64,000 nucleotides of DNA, from contig CAVWEH010000001.1 of assembly GCA_963753975.1 (NCBI GenBank), positions 160,001-224,000 of the forward strand, given 5' to 3'. Both the position numbers and the translations under genes were made by a program. The DNA comes from an uncultured delta proteobacterium. GTDB taxonomy: Bacteria > Desulfobacterota > Syntrophia > Syntrophales > Smithellaceae. Below are positions 8,842 through 19,523 of this stretch, in pieces (the stretch's first letter is position 1; every line of letters begins with the position of its first letter). Under the pieces are notes generated by a model. The model saw only the letters and a list, made by a program, of their open reading frames with translations, made no database searches and was not told where the DNA came from.

Positions 8842-11800
8842 ATGAAGGCACTGGGTTTATGCTTAGGAGCTTCTACCATATCTATTGTTGAGCTGATCAA
8901 TTCTGCGGGCAAACCGCAGATTATTAATTACTCGCTGAATCAGCACGAAGGTGATCCCAAGAGGGCACTTCTGGCAGCGCTGGCCAAATATGATTTAAAA
9001 TCTTTTTCCCGTATCGGCGCTACTGGTCGAAAATTTCGCAAATTTGTCAATTTATCATTCATTTCTGAACCGGAAGCTGTTGAATATGCTTATCGGTTTG
9101 TCAAACCCTCCAACGTTTCCTGCCCGGCAGTAGTATCCGCAGGTGGAGAAACTTTCGTCGTTTACAGAATGAACAAACTCGGCCAGATAGCCAATGTCCT
9201 TACCGGTAATAAATGCGCTTCCGGCACCGGCGAATTTTTTCTCCAACAATTGCGTCGTATGAATGTTTCTTTAGAAGAAGCTGCCACCTGGGCAGCCAGC
9301 GAACAACCCTACAATGTTTCCGGCCGGTGCTCCGTATTTTGCAAATCGGATTGCACTCACGCCACGAATAAGGGCATTTCCAAAGCCAAGGTTACTGCTG
9401 GGCTATGCAAGATGATGGCTAATAAAATTTTGGAATTACTGAAAAAAGTAGAGCGTAAAAACATTATGGTTACAGGCGGGGCTTCCAGTAACAAGATGAT
9501 GATTGAGTACCTCAGGCGGGAAATCCCCGGTCTGATTGTGCCGAGGGAGGCTCCTTTTTTTGAAGCTCTGGGCGCTGCGCTTTGGGCTTGTGAAAATGAA
9601 ACCATGATTGTTACGGATGCGGAAGATTTGTTTAAAACAGAAATTTCTTCTTTTGACACCCTTCCTCCTCTGGAGCAATTTCGGCAACAGGTTGAATTTA
9701 AAGCAATTGAAAAAGCCATCGTACGGGAGGGAGATGTTTGCCTCCTCGGCCTAGATGTCGGCTCCACGACAACAAAGGCTGTATTGATCAGGAAAAGAGA
9801 CAATGCCTTCCTGGCCGACGTTTATTTGCGCACCAATGGCGATCCAGTCGGCGCTGCACGGCTTTGTTATGAGAGCCTTTTTAAGCAAATCAAAAAACAT
9901 ATTGATCCCGCCCTAATAATCATTGAAGGATTGGGCGTTTGTGGCTCCGGCCGCCAAATTGCCGGTTTGCATGCCCTGACCGACGGCGTAATCAACGAGA
10001 TTATTGCCCATGCAGCAGCCGCGGTCTATTTTGATCCGGCTGTTGATACCATTTTTGAAATCGGCGGTCAGGACGCCAAATATACTTATCTGACTAATTC
10101 TGTCGCGTCCGATTATGCCATGAATGAAGCCTGCTCGGCGGGAACTGGTTCCTTTCTGGAAGAATCCGCTTACGAAACATTGGGCGTAAAAATGGAAGAT
10201 ATAGCGGTAATCGCCCTCCAGGGCAAAAAGCCGCCCAACTTCAACGATCAATGTGCGGCATTCATTTCCTCCGACATGAAAAATGCGATCCACGACGGTG
10301 TTGCCCGTGAAGACATTGTGGCAGGGCTGATTTACTCAATCTGTATGAATTATTCCAACCGCGTTAAAGCAAACAGGCAGGTAGGCCAGAAAGTTTTTAT
10401 GCAAGGCGGTGTTTGCTATAACGAAGCAATCCCTCTGGCCATGTCCGCCCTTACAGGCAAACCGATCATTGTGCCACCTGAACCCGGCTTAATGGGGGCC
10501 TTTGGTGTCGCCGTCGAAGTGAAAAAAAGGATTGAACTGGGGCTGATTGAAAAAGAAAAATTTGATTTGGCGGGGCTAATCAGTCGTGAGGTCAAATATG
10601 ATGAACCCTTTATTTGCAAAGGGGGCAAAGAACAGTGCGATCGTAAATGTTCTATCTCTATAATTGAGCTCGAAGGGAGGAAGTATCCCTTCGGCGGCGC
10701 CTGCAACAGATATTACAATATGCAACACAATATTAAATATGATGTTGCGACATTTGATCTGGTTAATTTGCGGCATAAATTGATTTTTGAACAATATGCA
10801 GCGAAGGAAGCAGTTGGAGCTATACGTGGTTCAGTTGGATTCAATCGCAGTTTCGTCGTCAATACATATTTTCCGCTCTATTCCACTTTTTTTACTCAGC
10901 TGGGATATGAGCCCATAATTTGTGATTCTTATAATCAGTCCGGCATCGATAAAAAAGATGCTAGTTTTTGCTATCCGGCCGAATTATCTCACGGCTTCTT
11001 TCATGCCTTGCTTAATCAGGGAAAGTATCTTGATTTTATTTTTTTACCGCATTTCAAAGCATTGCCCAATGCTGACAAAACTACGGATTCCCAGGTTTGT
11101 CCCTTTGTGCAGGGAGAAACATATTATCTGCAAAGCACGTTTCGAAAGGAAATCGACGAACAGAAAAACCGGGGAACGAAAATATTGGCGCCCCTGCTCG
11201 ATCTTTCGGAAGGGCTGGAAACCGCAGAAAAACCGTTGATAGAAATTGCCAGGCGAATGGGATTAAACTCCCGTAAAGCGGCGGAAGCTTTCCGGACGGC
11301 TCTGCATCAGCAACTGGCCTGCCAGTCGAAAATGGAGGAAATCGGAAAGCAAGAGTTGGCGAAATTGGAGGAAAATCCGGATCAGGTGGCAATCGTTATT
11401 CTCGGACGTGCTTACTCCGGTCTCGTGGAAGAGGCCAATAAAGGAATTCCTATGATGATTGCTTCCCGCGGCTATCGGGTTATTCCTCTGGATTTTTTGC
11501 CGCTGTATCATAGGCGAAATAAACGGTGCATGTATTGGGGTATGGGACAGCAGATAATGAAAGCGGCAAACCTGGTTCAGGAACATCCACAGCTTTTCGG
11601 AACTTATATAACCAATTTTTCCTGCGGCCCGGATTCGTTTATGATTGGTTATTTCCGTGAAATAATGGGGTGCAAACCCTCTTTGACTCTAGAGCTGGAC
11701 AGTCATACTGCCAATGCAGGTTTAGAAACAAGGATAGAAGCTTTTCTGGACATCGTTGCCGCTTACCGTCAGCTTGTTTGCCAGAAAAAGATTATTCCAC

Positions 11801-13161
11801 GGGTCAGCTCGTTTAGGGCGGCAAAAACAACTATGCACAATGGAATTCCTACGGTAGTGTCTTCGGCAAACAAATTAATATCGATGACCGATCCCCGAGT
11901 GACCCTGCTCTTCCCATCAATGAACTGGCCGGCTTCGGAAATGCTAGGCGCCGCTTTTCGCAGTAAACGGTTCCATGCTTTTGTCCACCCGCCTGCCGAC
12001 GAAAATATTTTAAAAATCGGCCGCGCTCATACTTCCTGTAAAGAATGTTTGCCGCTGATTTTAACGACCGGAACATTGATCAATTATATCCGCAATCTGA
12101 GAAAGTCCGATGAAATCGTAGTGTATTTTATGCCGACAGGTAGCGGTCCCTGCCGTTTCGGCCAATATTCCATCTTTATGGAAGATTTAATCAAGCGCTT
12201 GGAAGTTCCCAACGTGGCCGTCTTTTCATTGACATCAGAAAATTCGTACGCGGGAATGGATAGGTCTTTCAGGCTGAGTGCCTGGTGGGCAATTGTTATT
12301 TCGGATATTCTGGAAGATATTCGTTCGATGCTGCTTGCAAATGCAAAAAATCGAAATGAAGCGTCGGAAATATACCATGAGGAATGCCGCCTCTTAATTG
12401 ACAAATTGCAGAGTGGTGATTATCAGAGCCTGCAGAACCAATTGATGAATAGTGTTGATCATTTTGCCGCAATACCATTATTGCGGCCAGCCCCGGAAGT
12501 ACCGGTCATCGTAATGGTTGGTGAAATTTATTGCCGCCGAGACACCCTTTCTCGGCAAAACATTACGGAAAAACTGGCCGATAAAGGGTTTGCCGTGATT
12601 TGCTCACCGGTGGGAGAATGGGTGCTTTACGCTGATTATCTAGTAGAAAAAAACCTTGTCCGGCATCGACTCTCGTATCTGGAAAAATTGAAGTTGCTAT
12701 TGACAAAAAAATATATGGATCACTATACTCGACGATTGAGCTCGATTATGAGCAGGTCCGGTCTGGTAGCTTCCACTCCTGTGAATATTAAGGAAATTAT
12801 TCACAATGCCTCGTCATTTATTTCTCCCCATCTTACCGGCGAAGCAATTCTGACTGTCGGCAGTGCTTTGACTGAAGTGGGTAGGCACGCCTGCGGTGTC
12901 ATATCTGTCGGTCCCTTCGGCTGCATGCCAAATCGCTTGGCTGAAGCGATCCTGAATGAAACGATGAACAGTAAAACTAAGCTGGCCCTTGATTCGCAAA
13001 ATAAATATCTGAAAAAAGCCTTTGCCCATTTTGATGATTTACCTTTTTTGGCAATCGAGACTGATGGTTCGCCTTTCCCGCAAGTTATCCATGCCAACAT
13101 CGAAGCGTTTTGTTTACGCGCGAACCGTGTCCATGAGTATATGCAGGCCGCCCGCCATTAA
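8842..13161 (+). CDS. Multidomain acyl-CoA dehydratase activase (two BadF/BadG/BcrA/BcrD ATPase domains plus DUF2229/HgdAB-like domains)
   Basis: GNKCASGTGEF, GRCSVFCKS, GLDVGSTTTK, EIGGQDAK, NEACSAGTGSF, NFSCGPDSF, GPFGCMPN. Confidence 0.88.
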   Translation: MKALGLCLGASTISIVELINSAGKPQIINYSLNQHEGDPKRALLAALAKYDLKSFSRIGATGRKFRKFVNLSFISEPEAVEYAYRFVKPSNVSCPAVVSAGGETFVVYRMNKLGQIANVLTGNKCASGTGEFFLQQLRRMNVSLEEAATWAASEQPYNVSGRCSVFCKSDCTHATNKGISKAKVTAGLCKMMANKILELLKKVERKNIMVTGGASSNKMMIEYLRREIPGLIVPREAPFFEALGAALWACENETMIVTDAEDLFKTEISSFDTLPPLEQFRQQVEFKAIEKAIVREGDVCLLGLDVGSTTTKAVLIRKRDNAFLADVYLRTNGDPVGAARLCYESLFKQIKKHIDPALIIIEGLGVCGSGRQIAGLHALTDGVINEIIAHAAAAVYFDPAVDTIFEIGGQDAKYTYLTNSVASDYAMNEACSAGTGSFLEESAYETLGVKMEDIAVIALQGKKPPNFNDQCAAFISSDMKNAIHDGVAREDIVAGLIYSICMNYSNRVKANRQVGQKVFMQGGVCYNEAIPLAMSALTGKPIIVPPEPGLMGAFGVAVEVKKRIELGLIEKEKFDLAGLISREVKYDEPFICKGGKEQCDRKCSISIIELEGRKYPFGGACNRYYNMQHNIKYDVATFDLVNLRHKLIFEQYAAKEAVGAIRGSVGFNRSFVVNTYFPLYSTFFTQLGYEPIICDSYNQSGIDKKDASFCYPAELSHGFFHALLNQGKYLDFIFLPHFKALPNADKTTDSQVCPFVQGETYYLQSTFRKEIDEQKNRGTKILAPLLDLSEGLETAEKPLIEIARRMGLNSRKAAEAFRTALHQQLACQSKMEEIGKQELAKLEENPDQVAIVILGRAYSGLVEEANKGIPMMIASRGYRVIPLDFLPLYHRRNKRCMYWGMGQQIMKAANLVQEHPQLFGTYITNFSCGPDSFMIGYFREIMGCKPSLTLELDSHTANAGLETRIEAFLDIVAAYRQLVCQKKIIPRVSSFRAAKTTMHNGIPTVVSSANKLISMTDPRVTLLFPSMNWPASEMLGAAFRSKRFHAFVHPPADENILKIGRAHTSCKECLPLILTTGTLINYIRNLRKSDEIVVYFMPTGSGPCRFGQYSIFMEDLIKRLEVPNVAVFSLTSENSYAGMDRSFRLSAWWAIVISDILEDIRSMLLANAKNRNEASEIYHEECRLLIDKLQSGDYQSLQNQLMNSVDHFAAIPLLRPAPEVPVIVMVGEIYCRRDTLSRQNITEKLADKGFAVICSPVGEWVLYADYLVEKNLVRHRLSYLEKLKLLLTKKYMDHYTRRLSSIMSRSGLVASTPVNIKEIIHNASSFISPHLTGEAILTVGSALTEVGRHACGVISVGPFGCMPNRLAEAILNETMNSKTKLALDSQNKYLKKAFAHFDDLPFLAIETDGSPFPQVIHANIEAFCLRANRVHEYMQAARH

Positions 13162-13409
13162 TAATTTCAATTTGAAGACTTTGCAAAAATGACTTATTCG
13201 CGCTGCCTGATAGATATTTGTCGGGCGTCAATTGTATTTATTACGGATTGAAGTCCCGCATGCTCGACAAGGATGACAATCTGTTTAGTTCAGGAAGAAG
13301 TCTTCATATAACTAGGAAGGGCAGCCATTACTATGAAGCGGCTTGGCCATACAATTTCGTTTGGAAGCTGCCGCCTGTTCGGCGCCACTCCCCGGAAGGG
13401 TAGAAAATT

Positions 13410-13658
13410 ATTATTGCGCGCCCTTTGGTTGCGCACCCGGTCAAAGGATACCGAGACGGCAATGAAGCTCCAATTTCAAAAGCGAAGTGCATTGAAATTG
13501 GCAAGCTGAATTGTCCAGCTTAAGCTCTGGTAAGGAGGAGGTTCCGCAGGCGTATTTGACATACGTCGAGGATGCTGACGATCCGGCATACGCCGGACAG
13601 GCTCCGCCAACAAGGTTAGCCAAAGAACGGAAGCGCATCCCGAAGGAAAGCGCATAAT
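13410..13658 (+). repeat. Repeat family 2 copy interrupted by a family-1 hairpin module (13463-13531)
   Basis: ATACCGAGACGGCAA[insert]GGAGG...GCAGGCGTA..TACGTCGAGGA..GCCAACAAGG aligns with the reverse complement of 29679-29803. Confidence 0.75.
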
Positions 13659-13723
13659 GAACAAGCTGCCTTTCTTTACCGATAATCGCCACTTGTAAAG
13701 TGGTGATTACAAGCATAATGGCA

Positions 13724-14068
13724 TTAAACCCGGCCGTATTTATCTTCCAGCCTTTCAATATCATCTTCGCCGAAATATTCGCCGGTTTGCACTTCAATAA
13801 TTACCAGATTTTCGGCAGATGAATTTTCTACACGGTGTTTAGCTCCTTTAGGAATGTCCAGCGTGCTGCCGACGCTTAAAGCAAAATTCTTGTCTTCCAC
13901 AATCGCGTTTCCCTTGCCGGAAACAATAAACCAATGTTCCGAACGCAACTTGTGAAGTTGCAAGCTCAAAACGCCGCCCGGCGCAACAACGATTCTTTTC
14001 ACTTTATGGTCCGGGGCATCGGATAATACTTCAAAATATCCCCAAGGTCGTTTATTATTCGCTTCCAT
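13724..14068 (-). CDS. Cupin protein, mannose-6-phosphate isomerase type II C-terminal-like
   Basis: RPWG, LSLQLH..RSEHW, EVQTGEYFGEDDIERLEDKYGR. Confidence 0.9.
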   Translation of the reverse strand: MEANNKRPWGYFEVLSDAPDHKVKRIVVAPGGVLSLQLHKLRSEHWFIVSGKGNAIVEDKNFALSVGSTLDIPKGAKHRVENSSAENLVIIEVQTGEYFGEDDIERLEDKYGRV

Positions 14069-14277
14069 TCGGTCAACTCTTTTTTTATTTTTCGTAACAC
14101 AAAATTAAGTGGATATAAAGATATCTTTAATATTTTTATGAACTCGCTTTAGCTGCCAATCTATGGTAATCAAATATGTTAACAAGCAGAAAGCAGAAGA
14201 TATTAATATATATCCATGATAGAAATTCAGATGCCGCGCTGGAAATCCCGCCATAAAATCTTGCAGGAAGTATTTTC

Positions 14278-14958
14278 ATGAATATCAACTATACTTTGAA
14301 AAGAAGCAGAAAAAGAAGAAAAACAATTTCTCTGCAAATCAGTAATAACTCGGAAGTTACTATTTGCGCGCCATACTTTACGCCCACCGGTGAAATCAAC
14401 CGTTTTGTCCAGGAAAAACAAAACTGGATTCAGAAAACGATACAAAAGCAAACCTCGCTACGCACTAAAGAAAAAAAATATGCTACCGGCGAATTATTTT
14501 ATTATTTAGGTGAAGCTTTTCCCCTAGAAGTCTTCTTTGAAGAAAGTGCCCGTAAAGGACTTATTTTTTGGCGTGATCGGTTCTATCTTAATTCCGTGGA
14601 TGCGGCAGTTGAGGGAATGCCTTTCTTTATTTCCTGGTATAAGAAAAAAGCCGGAGAATATTTAAGTGAACGTGTTGAGCTCTACGGCCGGAAGCTTTCC
14701 CTTCAGCCGCTGCAAGTGAAAATAACTTCGGCGGGCAAGCGCTGGGGGTCATGTTCGGAAGATAACAATTTATCCTTCAGCTTTCGGCTGATAATGGCGC
14801 CGCCGGCCGTGATTGATTATGTCGTTGTGCATGAACTCATGCATATCCGGGAAAAAAGTCATTCATCAAGATTTTGGAAATTAATAGAAGCGGTTATGCC
14901 GGAATATAAAATACATAGGCATTGGCTGAATGAAGAAAGCAGTAAATTTATTTTTTGA
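14278..14958 (+). CDS. DUF45/YgjP-like zinc metallohydrolase
   Basis: RSRKRRKTISL, RWGSCS, YVVVHELMH (HExxH), HS..FW. Confidence 0.88.
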   Translation: MNINYTLKRSRKRRKTISLQISNNSEVTICAPYFTPTGEINRFVQEKQNWIQKTIQKQTSLRTKEKKYATGELFYYLGEAFPLEVFFEESARKGLIFWRDRFYLNSVDAAVEGMPFFISWYKKKAGEYLSERVELYGRKLSLQPLQVKITSAGKRWGSCSEDNNLSFSFRLIMAPPAVIDYVVVHELMHIREKSHSSRFWKLIEAVMPEYKIHRHWLNEESSKFIF

Positions 14959-14991
14959 TTCCCTCAGAGAAAGGATTGGGTAGTATTTTTT

Positions 14992-15849
14992 ATGGAAAAA
15001 TTGGAAACAATCGATTTTCAGCATCGCGGACTTCTCATCGACAGCTTTAAGCAATTGAATTTGCCGATTTCCGATTATACTTTCGCTAATATTTATCTCT
15101 TCCGTAAAGTCAGCCATTATGAATTTCTGACAACGGATTGCGGCTTATTTATTTGCGGCAACAATAAACAGGGGCAGCGCTACGTAATGCCCTTGAACGA
15201 TCTGCGCAGTTGCGATATGCAGATATTCAGAGACGTTTTGATTAATCAGGGTTTTTTCTTCCCCATACCCGAAGAATGGCTCTCTTTTTTCCCCCCTGAT
15301 AAATTCGTCATAACCAGCGACGATAGCGAATCCGACTACATTTATCTTGCCGAAAAAATGGCTTCCTTCAAAGGGAAGCAATACACGCGTCATCGCAATC
15401 ACTTGAATCAGTTTTTTTCCTCATATCAGCCGCAGGCTCAATCTATTGGCGTAAATAATCTAGGCGACACGACGAATATTTTGCAACAATGGCAAAACGA
15501 AACCGGACTGGCGCTGGATAAAACGGACTTTGAACAGTGCAGCGAAGCTCTGCATAAATTTCCCGAGCTTGCTTTATGGGGCACAATTTATTACATTGAT
15601 AAAGAACCCGCCGGATTTATAATCGGTGAAGCGCTCAACACTGATACATTTTGTTTACACTTTGCCAAAGCGTCCAAGAAATACCACGGTATTTATGAAT
15701 TTATGTTTAACGATACAGCCAAAAAATTGCAGTTTCAATATAAATATCTCAATCTCGAAGAAGATATGGGTAATAAAAATTTACGGCGGACGAAAAGCTC
15801 TTATGGCCCGGAGATGCTTTTAAAAAAATACTGTATATACCTCAAATGA
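14992..15849 (+). CDS. DUF2156 / phosphatidylglycerol lysyltransferase C-terminal-like protein
   Basis: SDYTFANIY, DYIY..G..Y...RNHLNQF, HFAKA, YLNLEEDMG..NLR..KSSY. Confidence 0.8.
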   Translation: MEKLETIDFQHRGLLIDSFKQLNLPISDYTFANIYLFRKVSHYEFLTTDCGLFICGNNKQGQRYVMPLNDLRSCDMQIFRDVLINQGFFFPIPEEWLSFFPPDKFVITSDDSESDYIYLAEKMASFKGKQYTRHRNHLNQFFSSYQPQAQSIGVNNLGDTTNILQQWQNETGLALDKTDFEQCSEALHKFPELALWGTIYYIDKEPAGFIIGEALNTDTFCLHFAKASKKYHGIYEFMFNDTAKKLQFQYKYLNLEEDMGNKNLRRTKSSYGPEMLLKKYCIYLK

Positions 15850-15867
15850 TATGAGAAATATTAATCG

Positions 15868-18105
15868 ATGAACAGTCCAATTGTTATTACAGATTTGCAT
15901 GAAGGCGATCAGGGAATTATTCACTCCATTAAAGGAGGCTCAGCCTTGACCAGCAGGCTCGCCGGTATGGGCATAGTCGTAAACGCCAGATTCCGCACCG
16001 CCCAGGTCAGCGGCGGCCTTATTGTAATTCAAGTAGCGGATACGCGGATTGCTTTGGGCCGCGGTGAAGCGTCAAAAATAATGGTTGATAAAATTGATTC
16101 CGCCGCCGAAATCTGCCTGCCGCCCGTCGAAAAGGAAATCTTTGTAGCGCTTGCCGGCCAGCCCAATGTAGGTAAATCGACGGTGTTTAATATTCTTACC
16201 GGTTTGTCCCAGCATGTTGGCAACTGGCCGGGAAAAACAGTGGAGAAGAAAGAGGGAATCCATCGCGCCGATAATGTTTTAATCAGGATTGTGGATTTAC
16301 CGGGAACTTACAGCCTGACCGCGTTTTCCGAGGAGGAAAGAGTCGCCCGCGATTTTATCATCAAAGAAAAGCCCGATCTTGTTGTGCTGGTGCTCAATGC
16401 CGCGGCCCTGGAAAGAAACCTTTACCTCTTATCCGAGGTTCTTCTGCTCGATCGCCCGGTAATAGTGGCTTTAAATATGCTAGATGTCGCTTCCAATCAA
16501 GGTATCCAGATTGATACGAAGTCTCTGCAGGATTCGTTGGGAATACCGGTAATTCCTATGGTGGCCAAACGAAATAACGGCATTAAAGAACTTGTCGCGC
16601 AAATATCATCGCTCGCCTTATGTGACACTAAATTTCATCCGCAGTTACCGGAGGTCTCGCCCGACCATCAGCAAATCTACCAAAAAATATTGGAAGCAGT
16701 CCGGCCTTATATTCAGGAGCCTTACACATCCGAATGGATTGCGATAAAATTGATGGAAGGCGATCCCGAGGTATCGAAAATGGTGGAAGGAAAGGCGCAG
16801 AAATCCGCCTGGAAGGAGATACAGAATCTTCTCATCAAACATGAAGACGCACTGCATGCCGTTGTCAACGGCCGCTATGACTGGATCGAGAAAATGACCA
16901 GAGCGGCCATTTCCCGTTTTAAAATGGGGCAGGTAGTGTTAACCGATAGAATCGATCATATTCTGACTCGTCCAATATTCGGCATTCCGGTTTTGCTCGC
17001 GGTAATGGCCGCTGTTTTTTCCCTTACTTATTCGGTGGGAGTGCCTTTGCAAAATTGGATGAGCAATTTGATCCGTCAATTCATCCAATTTTGTGGACCA
17101 GTTACAACCGGTCTGCCTGTCTGGCTTCAGGGACTATTACTCAACGGCGTCATTGGGGGAGCAGGATCAGTACTCACTTTTCTGCCGATTCTGCTCATCT
17201 TTTTTACGATCATGGCGCTTTTGGAAGATGTGGGCTACATGGCGCGCGCCGCCTTTGTTATGGATAGAATCATGCATCTGGTCGGCCTGCATGGAAAAAG
17301 TTTTATTCCGATGTGCCTGGGATTCGGGTGCAACGTGCCTGCCGTTCTGGGCGCGCGGATTATCGAGACGCGCAAAGCCAGAATGATTACTTTGCTTTTA
17401 ATCCCCTTTGTTCCCTGCACGGCGCGGTTGGCGGTATTGACACTGGTTTCCGCCGCTATCTTTGGAACCAACGCTGCCTATGTATCCTGGAGCATTCTGT
17501 CTCTGAACATAATCGTTCTGGGATTGGCGGGAGCTTTGGTGAATAAGACGCTCCGGGAGCAGGACGCGCCTTTTATTATGGAGTTGCCGATTTACCATAG
17601 TCCCGACCCCCGAACAATTATGATGGTCGTCTGGTCCAGAACAATTTCTTTCATCCGCAAAGCGGGAACAATTATTCTTGCCGTTGCCTTGCTCGTCTGG
17701 CTTTTATCTTATTTTCCTTCCGGCGTTGTGGAGGAAAGTTTTCTGGCTTCATTAGGGAAATTTCTACAGCCGCTGGGAGCGCCGCTGGGGCTCGATTGGA
17801 AAATGATTACCGCTCTTTTGACCGGTCTTGTAGCTAAAGAAAATGTTGTGGCTACTTTGGGCGTTCTTTATTCTGTAGGCGCAGCAGGTTTGGTTAATGT
17901 TCTGCCGACGGTGATGAGTCATGCCTCTGCCGCGGCCTTCCTCGTGGTAATGATGCTTTTTATTCCCTGCGCTGCAACAATCGCCGTGTTGAAAAAAGAA
18001 ATGAACAGCAATAAATGGTTTTACTCCACTATCGTGATGACGCTGATTGTTTCCTATCTTGGCGGAATTGCGGCTTATAGCTTTGTTAAATGGCTGGGGA
18101 TATAG
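15868..18105 (+). CDS. feoB: Ferrous iron transporter B with fused N-terminal FeoA domain
   Basis: FeoA-like N-terminus (RLAGMG, RIALGRGEA); GQPNVGKS, GNWPGKTVE, DLPG, NMLD; GFGCNVP and PC gate motifs. Confidence 0.93.
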   Translation: MNSPIVITDLHEGDQGIIHSIKGGSALTSRLAGMGIVVNARFRTAQVSGGLIVIQVADTRIALGRGEASKIMVDKIDSAAEICLPPVEKEIFVALAGQPNVGKSTVFNILTGLSQHVGNWPGKTVEKKEGIHRADNVLIRIVDLPGTYSLTAFSEEERVARDFIIKEKPDLVVLVLNAAALERNLYLLSEVLLLDRPVIVALNMLDVASNQGIQIDTKSLQDSLGIPVIPMVAKRNNGIKELVAQISSLALCDTKFHPQLPEVSPDHQQIYQKILEAVRPYIQEPYTSEWIAIKLMEGDPEVSKMVEGKAQKSAWKEIQNLLIKHEDALHAVVNGRYDWIEKMTRAAISRFKMGQVVLTDRIDHILTRPIFGIPVLLAVMAAVFSLTYSVGVPLQNWMSNLIRQFIQFCGPVTTGLPVWLQGLLLNGVIGGAGSVLTFLPILLIFFTIMALLEDVGYMARAAFVMDRIMHLVGLHGKSFIPMCLGFGCNVPAVLGARIIETRKARMITLLLIPFVPCTARLAVLTLVSAAIFGTNAAYVSWSILSLNIIVLGLAGALVNKTLREQDAPFIMELPIYHSPDPRTIMMVVWSRTISFIRKAGTIILAVALLVWLLSYFPSGVVEESFLASLGKFLQPLGAPLGLDWKMITALLTGLVAKENVVATLGVLYSVGAAGLVNVLPTVMSHASAAAFLVVMMLFIPCAATIAVLKKEMNSNKWFYSTIVMTLIVSYLGGIAAYSFVKWLGI

Positions 18106-18114
18106 GTTCTCGAA

Positions 18115-19293
18115 TCAGTTTCCAAAGTTTATTGCGGGGTTCATAACCGTGACTACAACGGGACGGTAAAGAAAAAGATTTTTACGGATGAAATTTATTC
18201 TATCCTGAAAATTTTCTAATGAATTACAAACATAAGTTGCCACGATCTTCTCGTGGTGGGAAAATTCTATATGCTCTTTACCGGCATAACAAAAATTTTG
18301 ATCGTCATACCGGGGGCTTTTAGGATCAACTTCGGGAATTTTTTCGACTAGAACTTTGGGCTTTGTCCAGGGGCCTTCCAGCTTATCCGCAGTTTGATAC
18401 AAGAGTTGATTGCCGTCGTTTTGCGGGGATAGGTAAACAGCGATCCACTTTTCATAATCAGCATGGTAGCGCACGCTTAACTCGGAGACACCGGCGGCAA
18501 GAACGATTCTAGCCTTAGCGGGCACAACCCCCTTTTCCCATTTTCCGCCTTTGTCTAAGTATTCTATGGAATTGGCAGGATCATCCAGTTTGTCAATCGG
18601 AATGCGGACCAGGATATTGCCGGAAACTGTCGTTCTTTTCTTCACGGAGGTATAAAGCTGGTAAAAATAAACATGATTCTGGAAAACAACGGAAGTTGCG
18701 GCAAAAGCTTCAATGCCCGGTAGAATTGCTTCTTTTAAATCTATGTAATCGACAGTCCACTGAAGGGGATCCGCCAGTGTATAATTTTTGATTCTGGCAA
18801 TTTTGTGTCTGACTATCTTAAAACTAAAAGGCGCTTTTAAATCCAGCAGCGCTTTTACAACTAATAGAGGCACGTATAATACATCATTAACGATAAATGG
18901 GTCTTGCGGCCAGAGCCATTCGTTTTCACCAAAAAACGACACAAATTTCTCATTTTTCTTTTTCAGATAATAGTGAATATGGAATTGGCCATTGGGGGAA
19001 CAGGTGGAGATGGCCAGAGTTGTTCCCATGACAACATCCATACCAATGCGGTCTTTTCTGCCCTTATCAGGAGAAACAAATGTGTCACCGAAGAGCCACA
19101 GCGTGCGCTCTTGATCCAGTTTGATGGAGTAAGCACCATCACCGCCATACCATCCGTCTTTATCCGGAAAACTGGGCAAACAACATTGGTTTGCAGGAAA
19201 ATAAGAAATGTATTTTCCTGTCCAAACGGGTGAGCAGGCAGTAAATCCAATGCTCAATATTAGTAGAATAGGCCAAATTAATTTTTTCGTCAT
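18115..19293 (-). CDS. DUF4185-like lipoprotein
   Basis: Probable start MTKKLIW, lipobox FTAC, GGDGAYS, TLWLFGDTF, LEGPW, YRP. Confidence 0.7.
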   Translation of the reverse strand: MTKKLIWPILLILSIGFTACSPVWTGKYISYFPANQCCLPSFPDKDGWYGGDGAYSIKLDQERTLWLFGDTFVSPDKGRKDRIGMDVVMGTTLAISTCSPNGQFHIHYYLKKKNEKFVSFFGENEWLWPQDPFIVNDVLYVPLLVVKALLDLKAPFSFKIVRHKIARIKNYTLADPLQWTVDYIDLKEAILPGIEAFAATSVVFQNHVYFYQLYTSVKKRTTVSGNILVRIPIDKLDDPANSIEYLDKGGKWEKGVVPAKARIVLAAGVSELSVRYHADYEKWIAVYLSPQNDGNQLLYQTADKLEGPWTKPKVLVEKIPEVDPKSPRYDDQNFCYAGKEHIEFSHHEKIVATYVCNSLENFQDRINFIRKNLFLYRPVVVTVMNPAINFGN

Positions 19294-19385
19294 AATCAAT
19301 TCTTTGTCATGTGACGCTGTCGTGCAGCGTAATAATGAACTCAAAAGCGGTCCACATTGCCGACGCTCTGCATTATAACTTGATT

Positions 19386-19516
19386 TGCCCAAGTACAAGT
19401 TGCTCAAATATCTGCTTGGCTTCATCGCGCTTTGTCCGCGCGTTTCTTTCCAGTTCTATACGTCGAGGAGCCGACAAAGCAGCCGGGAAAGATAGCCGAA
19501 TGAAGGCGACTTGGCA
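19386..19516. repeat. Repeat family 2, rearranged copy
   Basis: TACGTCGAGGAGCCGAC...GATAGCCGAATGAAGGCGACTTGGCA resembles one half of 29679-29803 (reverse complement); ends TGCCCAAGT/ACTTGGCA are inverted. Confidence 0.65.
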
Positions 19517-19523
19517 TTGTTTT

